Source of the DNA: Candidatus Anderseniibacteriota bacterium | GTDB lineage: Bacteria; Patescibacteriota; Andersenbacteria; UBA10190 | Direction: 5' to 3' | Length of the DNA: 35,426 bases | Assembly (NCBI GenBank): GCA_016197005.1 | Contig: JACPWO010000001.1 | Coordinates: 540,544 to 575,969, forward strand | In this document: in pieces, positions 26,757 through 34,358 of the stretch | Numbering within the stretch: the stretch's first letter is position 1 | Layout: each line of letters starts with the position of its first letter | The notes under the pieces: generated by a model | What the model saw: the letters and a program-made list of their open reading frames with translations, nothing else | Told to the model about the DNA's origin: nothing | The model's database searches: none | Position numbers and translations under genes: made by a program

Positions 26757-27521
26757 ATGCCAGAGAATTTTGAAACGCGACCAGCTCCTCCGCCCCCTCC
26801 CAGAAAGAGTCCTGAGATACAAGCTTTAGAGGCAGATTTGGTTCGGAAAAAAAGAGAACAAATTATTTCACGACGCGAAAAGATAGTCGCTCAGATTGGA
26901 AGTTATTTTGAAAACAAAAGAAAGGACGATGTTAACCCGGCCGCAATTGAAGTCGATGATGGTAGGGGGTTACATATAGAAAAGATGTATCTATATCATG
27001 GCTCCGCTACCCCGGCTATAGACGTTCTAAGGAAGGCCGATGATACGACGATTGGAAACGGGCTGTATCTGACAGATGCATCCTCCGCCGCCCGATACGC
27101 TGATGTACGTGCCACTGATTATAAAGTAGAACCGCGGGTGGTATATGAAGTAAAGGTAACAGACGCAAAGTTTTTTGATATAAGGAAAAAGGAAAATATG
27201 GATTGGCTGCTCCCAAAACTAAAAGGAGCACTTTCGGTAGAACTTAAAGAAACGGAGGCCTTTACTGTAATAGGTGCTTTAAGAGAGGCGATGATCACCA
27301 TTACAACGGGGAATGTAGATCCGGGCAGCTTTAAGATGATTGCCCGTCAAGTGGGGCATGTCGTTAAAGATGTTTTACAAGCAGAAGGGTATGATGGGCT
27401 TATAGGTACTGAGGGTGGGGAATCAGGAGGATCGGGAAGTGCAGGATTTAACCACGATTCGTACGTTTATTTTTCTCCGGAAGAATTGACTATTACGGAA
27501 GAAAAGAGAGCCGAGGTATAG
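26757..27521 (+). CDS. Hypothetical protein with a PARP-like H-Y-[D/E] ADP-ribosyltransferase motif pattern
   Basis: 254 aa. 'MYLYHGS' compares with PARP 'LWHGSR'. 'GNGLYLTDASSAARYA' compares with PARP 'GKGIYFADMVSKSANY'. 'FNHDSYVYF' compares with PARP 'YNEYIVY'. The N-terminus has a Pro-rich stretch and a helix. The start lies 1 nt after the preceding stop. Confidence 0.45.
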   Translation: MPENFETRPAPPPPPRKSPEIQALEADLVRKKREQIISRREKIVAQIGSYFENKRKDDVNPAAIEVDDGRGLHIEKMYLYHGSATPAIDVLRKADDTTIGNGLYLTDASSAARYADVRATDYKVEPRVVYEVKVTDAKFFDIRKKENMDWLLPKLKGALSVELKETEAFTVIGALREAMITITTGNVDPGSFKMIARQVGHVVKDVLQAEGYDGLIGTEGGESGGSGSAGFNHDSYVYFSPEELTITEEKRAEV

Positions 27522-27528
27522 TAAAGAT

Positions 27529-27975
27529 ATGCCGGATATCGTCATGGTTGCTAAGCCGTCCGAGTATGTGTCTAAAGAGAGCACGTATAAAACTTTATGG
27601 CTTACAGCTGCAGATTTTTGGCAAAATGAGGCGCTCGTCCGCACTCATGACGAGGTGTTGTGGCAGGCCTTTCGTACTCACGGTAAATACCAGCACGCAG
27701 TCCAGAAAGCGGATTGGTTTGCAGTGGCGGTAGACGAAGCTGGGCAATATGTATCTTCGGCCTTTGTTATTACGGTCAGCGATGTTTGGATCATTGAATA
27801 CGTTATGACCAACCCTACCTTTGAAGGTAAAGGTGCTGGCTCAGCAGTTATGGGTCGGATTATGACGGAGGCAAAAAAAGCAGGCTCTACGTGGGCAGTA
27901 CTGAATTGTGATCCAGAATTTCGTGAAGGTCAGCTACCTAAGTTCTATAGTAAGTTCGGCTTTAAACAATCGTAA
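27529..27975 (+). CDS. GNAT-family N-acetyltransferase
   Basis: 148 aa with the acetyl-CoA binding motif context 'VMTNPTFEGKGAGSAVMGRIMTEAKKAG' and the C-terminal 'FYSKFGF'. Confidence 0.75.
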   Translation: MPDIVMVAKPSEYVSKESTYKTLWLTAADFWQNEALVRTHDEVLWQAFRTHGKYQHAVQKADWFAVAVDEAGQYVSSAFVITVSDVWIIEYVMTNPTFEGKGAGSAVMGRIMTEAKKAGSTWAVLNCDPEFREGQLPKFYSKFGFKQS

Positions 27976-28274
27976 TGCTAGCTGTTCGTGTGTTAAGTCC
28001 GCAGAATGTCTCCTGGAAAGGAGAAGCTCAGGCGGTGACTGCTATAAATAAGCTCGGGCCGTTTAGTATTCTTCTGGATCACGCTAACTTTATAACCACT
28101 ATCAAAGATACGGTTACGATTATACCGGCCTCTGGAGCTAGCTATTCTTTTGAGGTCGGTCTCGGTGTCTTATTTTGTCGTAATAACCAAGTAGAAATCT
28201 TTATTCAGTTGCCAATTGACGCTCAGGAACAGCGGGCTTGGTGGCAGAGTTTGCGATCTTCGAAGGAGAACTAG
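27975..28274 (+). CDS. atpC: F-type ATPase epsilon subunit, N-terminal beta-sandwich only
   Basis: 99 aa. 'LAVRVLSPQNVSWKGEAQAVTAINKLGPFSILLDHANFITTIKDTVTII...VGLGVLFCRNNQVEIFI' follows the epsilon pattern (L.V.I.TP....G....V.....G.FGIL..H.P..T.L..G.V......V.GG...V..N.V.I.). The start overlaps the GNAT stop (TAATG). Confidence 0.6.
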   Translation: MLAVRVLSPQNVSWKGEAQAVTAINKLGPFSILLDHANFITTIKDTVTIIPASGASYSFEVGLGVLFCRNNQVEIFIQLPIDAQEQRAWWQSLRSSKEN

Positions 28275-29679
28275 GCTTTTTCGCGCTATCGATAATCTTG
28301 GTGGTGGTAGCATCGTCGATATACCGGAGGCGCTCAGGATCAACTGAATCGAGTTTACCGCCTACAATGTCATTAATGATCTCAACTGTTCGTTTGCGTG
28401 GCACTGATACATCAGGATGTCCGGTTTCTGCTGCCGAGAGGTACATATCTTGAGTCATGTAGTTCGTAATGAGCTTGGCGCGTCGAAATATCTTTTGGTT
28501 ATCTGAAGCCAGTTCATTTTCTCCTACTAATGAAGCAATACGTTCGAGTTCGGCAGACAATTCGAGGATTTGCTTCGCTTGGATATACGCCAAGTAATGT
28601 TTATTACCCACAATACTTGGCGTAAGGGCCGCTGAATTGGAAGCTAGAAGGTCAATTGCGGGGTAGCGACCGGACTGAAATATGTCGCGAGACAAAATAA
28701 TAGTGGTGTCGAGGAAGGGGAAAGCGGCTCGTACCCCTGCATCGGTAAAGTCGTCACCGGGGACAAACAGAGCCATAAAGGAAGACACGGATGCGTGCTT
28801 GGTGGAGTGTAGCCGCTCGTTCAAAGAAGCCATTTCACTGGTGAGTGTTGCTTGATAGCCGTCTTCAGAGGGGATGGTATTGGTAATAGTGGCGAGCTCG
28901 TGTCCGGCCTGGGCAAAACGGTACAGGTTGTCCATGTAATACAACACGTCTGTTTTCTCTTCATCGCGGAAGTACTCGGCAATAACCGCCCCGGCATAAG
29001 CCGTACGAAACCGGACAGCGGGATTTTCTCCCATCTGTCCTAAAATGAGGGTTGTTTTAGGTAGAACGCCACTTTCTTTTAGATCATTGTATAGTTCCTG
29101 TGCTTCACGTGAGCGTTCACCTACGGCGCTAAAGACGGCCACGCCAGCTCGTTGTTTCTTATCTTGCGGGCGTATTACCAACCGCTGGGCCAGCTGCGTT
29201 AAGACAACCGTTTTACCTACTCCCGCTCCTCCGATTAAGGCTGCCTTACCGCCATGGAGAAGCGGTGTAAAGAAATCGATCGCTTTAATACCGGTCTCCA
29301 TAATATCCTTTGGAGCAACAATAGTATTGAGGTTGCGATGAGGGGTGGTGTGCAGTGGTCGGCGGGGCTCGGCCGGTAGTGGTCCGGCGCCATCGTGAGG
29401 GGTGGAGAAGATATCGAAGGCTCGACCTAAGACGGCTGATCCGACTGGGACCATGAGGGGCTGCCCGGTTAGCTGCACTACTTGCCCTCGTGACAGACGC
29501 TTGCCAGACTTAAGAACAAGACAGTAGACACTGCGGGGGGTAGCAGAAGCTATTACTTCCATCTGAGCGGGATATTCTCCGCCAGTTGTTAAGACGTCAC
29601 CACGCTTGGGAGCGCCCGTAGAAAAACTAACTTCCGCAATACTGCCAGTGATGGCTAAAATGTGTCCTTCGGCATTCAT
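28201..29679 (-). CDS. atpD: F1 ATPase beta subunit (divergent, with a C-terminal tail)
   Basis: 'GGAGVGKTVVLTQL', 'VFSAVGERSREAQELY', 'LGQMGENPAVR', 'MDNLYRFAQAGHE', 'EDGYQATL', 'VPGDDFTD' and 'GRYPAIDLLAS'. I prefer the ATG at 29679, which is ATGA-coupled to the atpG stop, over the TTG at 29691. Confidence 0.85.
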   Translation of the reverse strand: MNAEGHILAITGSIAEVSFSTGAPKRGDVLTTGGEYPAQMEVIASATPRSVYCLVLKSGKRLSRGQVVQLTGQPLMVPVGSAVLGRAFDIFSTPHDGAGPLPAEPRRPLHTTPHRNLNTIVAPKDIMETGIKAIDFFTPLLHGGKAALIGGAGVGKTVVLTQLAQRLVIRPQDKKQRAGVAVFSAVGERSREAQELYNDLKESGVLPKTTLILGQMGENPAVRFRTAYAGAVIAEYFRDEEKTDVLYYMDNLYRFAQAGHELATITNTIPSEDGYQATLTSEMASLNERLHSTKHASVSSFMALFVPGDDFTDAGVRAAFPFLDTTIILSRDIFQSGRYPAIDLLASNSAALTPSIVGNKHYLAYIQAKQILELSAELERIASLVGENELASDNQKIFRRAKLITNYMTQDMYLSAAETGHPDVSVPRKRTVEIINDIVGGKLDSVDPERLRYIDDATTTKIIDSAKKPSSPSKIANSATKPAVPERQLATE

Positions 29680-30509
29680 CGCTTTGACCAAAGCCTAAGA
29701 CCCGAGAGACGTTCTCGTTGTTGTTTGTTACGCATTTGGCGAGTGCTTTCCCGAGAAATACGTTTTAACTTGTACTGGCGGGAACGAATGGCATTATCTG
29801 CTAGTTCCATAGCCGTTATTTGTGATCCTAATTCAGCCAGGGTGTTTTCGTCCGCTGCTTGCTTAAAGAGAAGCGCAACTAAGTTACGATCAAACAATGA
29901 CACAATTGTTTCCAGAGAAGGTTCAAAGACAAATTGCTCGCTTGAGGCGGTGGATTTTTTCTTTGCTAGCACATCGCCAATCGTAACATGTGTTGGACGC
30001 TGACTTACAAGGTTGGCGTACTGACCAAATACAAAAGTAATGCTTTTATACCGAAGGAGCGTTTGAACAAGAGGAGCGAGTGCTTGCTCGTCCTTCTGCC
30101 AGCCTTTAGGTAATTCAATGTAGTTAAAGTCCGCACCTGGTAATTCAGAGATAAAGCGCTGCTTTCCTACCGAACCAATCACAATGGGATCACTGGGATG
30201 AAGTTCCAGGTACTCGATAAAGTAGCGAAAGGTAGCAGAGGTAATAGGGCCGGTAAGATACTGTTCAGCTGAGAAGAGGACGACTGCGTTGCCACGACGA
30301 GATTTCTCCAGCGTTGTTACCTCGCCCTGATACGCATCTCGGACTTGTCCGAAAACAGAAGAGAGGCGTTCAAAGAATTGGCGGGAAGCGAGCACATTTT
30401 TTTGTGGTTCTTGAATACGGGACACCGCAATCTCTTGTTTCGCCGTGACCATCGGAGCCAACTCTTCCAGGAGTTTAAGCTCTACCTGGATACTGTCGCT
30501 GTTTGGCAT
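29676..30509 (-). CDS. atpG: F1 ATPase gamma subunit (divergent)
   Basis: 277 aa located between alpha and beta. The C-terminal block 'FVFEPSLETIVSLFDRNLVALLFKQAADENTLAELGSQITAMELADNAI' matches the gamma pattern FEP....+....L.......+..A..ES.ASE..AR..AM..A..NA. Confidence 0.75.
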   Translation of the reverse strand: MPNSDSIQVELKLLEELAPMVTAKQEIAVSRIQEPQKNVLASRQFFERLSSVFGQVRDAYQGEVTTLEKSRRGNAVVLFSAEQYLTGPITSATFRYFIEYLELHPSDPIVIGSVGKQRFISELPGADFNYIELPKGWQKDEQALAPLVQTLLRYKSITFVFGQYANLVSQRPTHVTIGDVLAKKKSTASSEQFVFEPSLETIVSLFDRNLVALLFKQAADENTLAELGSQITAMELADNAIRSRQYKLKRISRESTRQMRNKQQRERLSGLRLWSKR

Positions 30510-31966
30510 AGTTCTTCAATGTGAGGACGATTTTCTCCAATTTGTTGTACGAGATGCTCAAGTTTCGATAGTTTTACCATGTCGTCAAAAAGACGTTTTG
30601 CTTCTGGGTCGCTGCTGTATTGCTGGACGAGGTGATCTCGCCAGTGCGCGGGGGTATCCTCTGGCTGTTCATTAAGCCAACCACGCCAAATCATAGTAGT
30701 TAGGACGAGTTGAACAGGAAGAGGCACCGTCAGGAAGGCTGGTTGGGAAAAGAATTGCATGAGACGTTTGCCAGTGGCGAGAATAGTTTTTACTTCCTCG
30801 GTCATTTCACTACCGAACTTCGTAAATTGCTGAGCATCTCGGTATTTTGCCAGGAAAGCCATTAGTTCAATGTTTAGTTGTTTCGCTGCTGGAAGCTGGA
30901 CTTTTAGCCCCACGCGCGTAACCGACGCAGCTACGTCTACGGCCGGCCGCTGGCCGGCAGCAAATCGCACCGAGTCAAAGTGAAGATGGCCGTCAGTGAT
31001 ACTAATAAGATTAGACACAATGTATCCCGAGACGCTGTTTTGAACGGTCTCACCTACGACGAGACAAGTAATAGAAGCCTCTTTCTTTTCGGGATGTATA
31101 AAGTTACCACCTCGTTCGAGAAGACGAGCATGGGCGTGAAATATATCTCCAGGGTAGGACTCACGACCGGGGAAGCGTCCAGAGAGAAGGGCGACTTCAC
31201 GATAGTAGCGAGCATGGGTTGAGAGGTCGTGGAGAATGAGTAGGACATCTTCCCCAGCGTCACGCCAATATTCTGCCACCGTCATAGCTGCGTATGGAGT
31301 AAGGATAATGAGACTAGGAATATCCTCGGCGCTGCTGGCAACAACAATAACGTTTTTCGTATTCGTTTCTTCGTTCACAAAGTCAGCAATACGTCGTATC
31401 TCACTGAGTGGCCGACCAATGGCGGCAAACACGACAATTCCTCGATTAGCATGCGCTTTGGCAGCAGCTAAAACGAATGAGGTCTTCCCGGTTTTTAGGT
31501 CACCAATGACGGCTTCACGTTGGCCGGCTGCCAGTGGAACAAGGAGGTCAACGACCGAAGTACCCGTGACAAACTGACGCTTAATGGGTTTACGTTTTTC
31601 AATTGGTAATGGATGAATATCAATGAGGCGCTGCTCGGTCTCGCCCTGAATTTTTATACCGGGCAGTAGCGGCTCGCCGAGCGGATTAAGTATTTGTCCT
31701 CGCTGTCCTTTACCGACTGGAATGTGAAGACGCTGACCAGTTCGAGTGAGACGAGTGCCGGGTTGAATGGGTTCACCACTTAAGAGAGCAATATGGACTA
31801 CGTCTGGTTGCAAGTCCGAAACGTACCCAATCTGTCCATCCTCAAATATAACGATCTCGTCAGTCGTAGCCTCAGGCAGACCACTCGCAAAAATAAGAGG
31901 GAAGCGAACTTGCTCTACAGTCCCGTACTCTTTTGTTTTTTCTAAATATTCTTTAAACCTGTTCAT
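30482..31966 (-). CDS. atpA: F1 ATPase alpha subunit (divergent)
   Basis: 'GQREAVIGDLKTGKTSF', 'VFAAIGRPLSEI', 'AEYWRDAGEDVLLILHDLSTHARYYREVALLSGRFPGRESYPGDIFHAHARLLERG', 'ISITDGHLHFDS' and 'GQRPAVDVAASVTRVG'. Confidence 0.85.
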   Translation of the reverse strand: MNRFKEYLEKTKEYGTVEQVRFPLIFASGLPEATTDEIVIFEDGQIGYVSDLQPDVVHIALLSGEPIQPGTRLTRTGQRLHIPVGKGQRGQILNPLGEPLLPGIKIQGETEQRLIDIHPLPIEKRKPIKRQFVTGTSVVDLLVPLAAGQREAVIGDLKTGKTSFVLAAAKAHANRGIVVFAAIGRPLSEIRRIADFVNEETNTKNVIVVASSAEDIPSLIILTPYAAMTVAEYWRDAGEDVLLILHDLSTHARYYREVALLSGRFPGRESYPGDIFHAHARLLERGGNFIHPEKKEASITCLVVGETVQNSVSGYIVSNLISITDGHLHFDSVRFAAGQRPAVDVAASVTRVGLKVQLPAAKQLNIELMAFLAKYRDAQQFTKFGSEMTEEVKTILATGKRLMQFFSQPAFLTVPLPVQLVLTTMIWRGWLNEQPEDTPAHWRDHLVQQYSSDPEAKRLFDDMVKLSKLEHLVQQIGENRPHIEELCQTATVSR

Positions 31967-32387
31967 ATCTTTGTAGAGCCTTTACTAGAGAAAAATCATA
32001 TATTCTTCCTCCTACACTTATTACTACGCCTCCGACGATACTCGGATTGGTAGCAATGGTAAGTTCAGCTGGTTTCGGTATGAGTTCAGCCAACCACGTT
32101 TGCAGGTGATTAGTGAGATTTGGCGATGGTCGAATCGCTATGGTTATTTCTACTTCCTGACGCCCTTCTAAATCTTGTCTTAGGGCAGTGATTGCCTTTG
32201 TCGGATCGAGGTCTTTGAAGGAAGGGGGGAGAGAAGTATGGACAAAGGTGGGAAGAAGTTCGGAAAAGTTGATAGAAGAACTGCGCAGGTGGTGCAGTCG
32301 CTGATTGATACTATCGAGATGACTGCGAAGTTCATCAGCTTCTTCGCGCAAGATAACGGGCGGTAAAAGTGGCTCGTCTTTTTTCAT
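31953..32387 (-). CDS. atpH: F-type ATPase delta/OSCP subunit, short form (only the C-terminal domain is recognisable)
   Basis: 144 aa. 'EVEITIAIRPSPNLTNHLQTWLAELIPKPAELTIATNPSIVGGVVISVGGRIYDFSLVKALQRY' parallels the E. coli delta C-terminal domain. The N-terminal ~75 aa do not resemble the usual helical bundle. Confidence 0.7.
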   Translation of the reverse strand: MKKDEPLLPPVILREEADELRSHLDSINQRLHHLRSSSINFSELLPTFVHTSLPPSFKDLDPTKAITALRQDLEGRQEVEITIAIRPSPNLTNHLQTWLAELIPKPAELTIATNPSIVGGVVISVGGRIYDFSLVKALQRYEQV

Positions 32388-32388
32388 A

Positions 32389-32976
32389 TTAGTTCCATTG
32401 AATATCGGAAGTTGCTTTTTTGAGGGCCTCCTGGATAATTTTTTCTTGATCAGGTACTGAAATAGCCTTTCCTACTACCTCGTTCAAAATCTCCGGGAGT
32501 CTTTCAGAGAGACGTTGGCGAATTTTTTCTTGCTCTTCGTGAGCTACTTGGCGCAAGGATTTTTTCATTTCTTCTCCATACGCAAGTGCTTGTTGGGAAA
32601 GTTCAGCGCGAGTCTGGGTGAGGAGACTAGCCGTGTGAGCGGAGAGTTGTTTAAAATGTTCCTCTGAGTGAGCTTTAAGAGAGACAGAGAGACTCTCTAA
32701 GATCTCCTTTTGGTGTTCAATAATGGTATCCAGTACGTGTCGAGATTCTGTGCCGACAGATTCAGCTGCGCTCAGAAGACGACCGCGAATTGCGGCTTGG
32801 GTCTCTTTTGAGAATATTTCTGTCTGCTCAAGAATTTGTTCTGCCTGTCGGCCAGCCAGTTCTAATACTTTTTGGCTTTCACGCATTATTTCGCTTAATT
32901 CAGCAGCAGAAGCATCTAGCTTTCGCTGTAATTTATGGTTATTTAATGTGCCGATTTTTTCATCAAATAAAGCCAT
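32389..32976 (-). CDS. Coiled-coil protein at the b-subunit (peripheral stalk) position, without a TM helix
   Basis: 195 aa, almost entirely charged or helical (E/Q/K/R/L/A rich). It lies immediately upstream of atpH. The C-terminal 'EILNEVVGKAISVPDQEKIIQEAL' is reminiscent of the b C-terminus. The N-terminus 'MALFDEKIGTLNNHKLQ' is not hydrophobic. Confidence 0.45.
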   Translation of the reverse strand: MALFDEKIGTLNNHKLQRKLDASAAELSEIMRESQKVLELAGRQAEQILEQTEIFSKETQAAIRGRLLSAAESVGTESRHVLDTIIEHQKEILESLSVSLKAHSEEHFKQLSAHTASLLTQTRAELSQQALAYGEEMKKSLRQVAHEEQEKIRQRLSERLPEILNEVVGKAISVPDQEKIIQEALKKATSDIQWN

Positions 32977-32982
32977 AGCGTA

Positions 32983-33756
32983 TTAGAAAACAAGAATGAG
33001 ATAGCCGAGTACCAAACCGACAATAACGAGCGCAATAGTAATGGCGGTATGAAAACCAACGAGCACATAAATTGAACGCTTAGCTAAAGGATTTCTGCCA
33101 AGAGCTGCGACTGTAGAAGAGCTCGTTCGGCTATACATCCAGTACCCCGCGATGAGGGAAGCGAGAATAATGAGGGTCGAAACGATGTATCGAAGGGGGC
33201 GCGGTAGGGCTGTTAACGTTTCGCCGGGATTAGCCAGGATAGATCCGAGAGCAAACCCTGATCCTTCTGGCCAGACAAACCCTGGATTAATGGCTGCTGG
33301 AACCAAGGCAGTTTCATTTGCGGAAACATGGGAGGGCCCTAGAGCCCGCCCAATTACGAATCCAGGGTCGGCGGCTGCTTGCCCTACTCCTGCAGTTTGT
33401 GAACTCGTGATATACATACCAGCCTCAATTGGTCCTTGGACTAAAACTTCCGCGCTGCCTGATCCAACCAGTGGAATGGTACCTGCTGAACCTACATAAC
33501 TTATGGCAACACTCGGATTAATAGATGCGATTCCTGCTAAATTTTCGTCGTAGGGAATAGTAGCGAGTCGATATTGACCAGCGATGAAACTAATAAGTTG
33601 TCCCTGTTTAATATCGTTAGCGTTTTCTATAGGAACATACTCAGCAATGCCGCGAGACAACTCTTGAGCAAAAGCCACGGACGGCAATATAAGACTACCT
33701 ATTACAAGGAAAGAAACCCTCCAGTTCATGAGACTCATTATATAGAGTATTTTCAC
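32983..33756 (-). CDS. Secreted/membrane protein at the c-subunit position: signal peptide + ~180 aa ectodomain + C-terminal c-subunit-like TM hairpin lacking the carboxylate
   Basis: The signal peptide is 'NWRVSFLVIGSLILPSVAFA/QE'. The C-terminal 'RYIVSTLIILASLIAGYWMYSRTSSSTVAALGRNPLAKRSIYVLVGFHTAITIALVIVGLVLGYLILVF' has two TM helices joined by a basic 'GRNP' loop. The start is uncertain (GTG 33756, ATG 33738 or ATG 33729). Confidence 0.35.
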   Translation of the reverse strand: MKILYIMSLMNWRVSFLVIGSLILPSVAFAQELSRGIAEYVPIENANDIKQGQLISFIAGQYRLATIPYDENLAGIASINPSVAISYVGSAGTIPLVGSGSAEVLVQGPIEAGMYITSSQTAGVGQAAADPGFVIGRALGPSHVSANETALVPAAINPGFVWPEGSGFALGSILANPGETLTALPRPLRYIVSTLIILASLIAGYWMYSRTSSSTVAALGRNPLAKRSIYVLVGFHTAITIALVIVGLVLGYLILVF

Positions 33757-34308
33757 CTTTGCGTATCAAGGAAAGGTAGAAGAGATAAGATCCGGCGTAG
33801 AGGCAATATAACGCCTTGTTTATATTCAGTATACATACAATTAAGTTACTAATAATTAATATTTTGATAAATTATAATGCCCATATAACTACCATTTGCA
33901 CACCTTTTAACAACTCCTGCCTAATTTTCTGATACTCTTCCTGTGTCTGGTGAAATTAAATTTTCCTACTATTTTTTAGTCGATTTCACTGAAATAGGTG
34001 AGGTTGTCTGCTCTTTGAGGTCCATTATTGATCCTACAAAAGTTTTAAAAGATCTTCAGATGATCGGTCGTATGACTTTTTATCTCCAAGCAGTGAGGCA
34101 CAAGTGAGCTAGAAACCCAGGGTGAGCCTCTAACAGCTCAGTTACTAGTAAAGTGAGTAAACGGGGGGGCTTCTCTCATATTTATATTGAGGTGCCGAAA
34201 TTTAATAAGGTAATTTTTATCTAAAAGGTGGACGTATAGGCATTTTTATTGCTAGATCTATCCTCTCAAAGATCTTGCCTAAACTGTGCAAAAGTTTCCT
34301 GATATTGT

Positions 34309-34317
34309 TGCTATAAT
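34309..34317 (+). promoter_or_regulatory. Extended -10 promoter element (TGcTATAAT) candidate
   Basis: 'TGCTATAAT' lies about 70 nt upstream of the HTH gene's candidate GTG start. No good -35 hexamer was seen, which is compatible with extended -10 promoters. Confidence 0.35.
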
Positions 34318-34328
34318 AACCGGGTATT

Positions 34329-34358
34329 ACCTAGGCATTGCCTAACCATTGCCTAGGT
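34329..34358 (+). promoter_or_regulatory. Operator-like inverted repeat ACCTAGGCA-N12-TGCCTAGGT, also containing the direct repeat CATTGCCTA x2
   Basis: Perfect 9 bp inverted arms lie at 34329-34337 and 34350-34358. The site sits between the -10 candidate and the start of the tandem-HTH gene. Confidence 0.45.

Noticed and set aside
29676-29679. Possibility of an alternative genetic code (UGA recoding), as in some candidate-phyla bacteria.
   Set aside because: TGA ends atpG exactly at an ATGA junction with atpD. Conserved proteins have normal lengths under the standard code.
32977-32985. The c-position and b-position ORFs are in the same frame, separated only by TAA plus two codons. This suggested stop-codon read-through or a split fusion gene.
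   Set aside because: With the predicted topology (N-terminus out, two TM helices, C-terminus out), a fusion would put the stalk-like coiled coil outside the cell. A shared frame has a 1-in-3 chance expectation. I therefore treat them as separate genes.
33574-33852. 92 aa plus-strand ORF spanning the start of the c-position gene and part of the AT-rich spacer.
   Set aside because: It lies antisense to the signal-peptide-coding region. It has AT-rich-derived composition (K/Y/N/I rich), no SD and no motifs.
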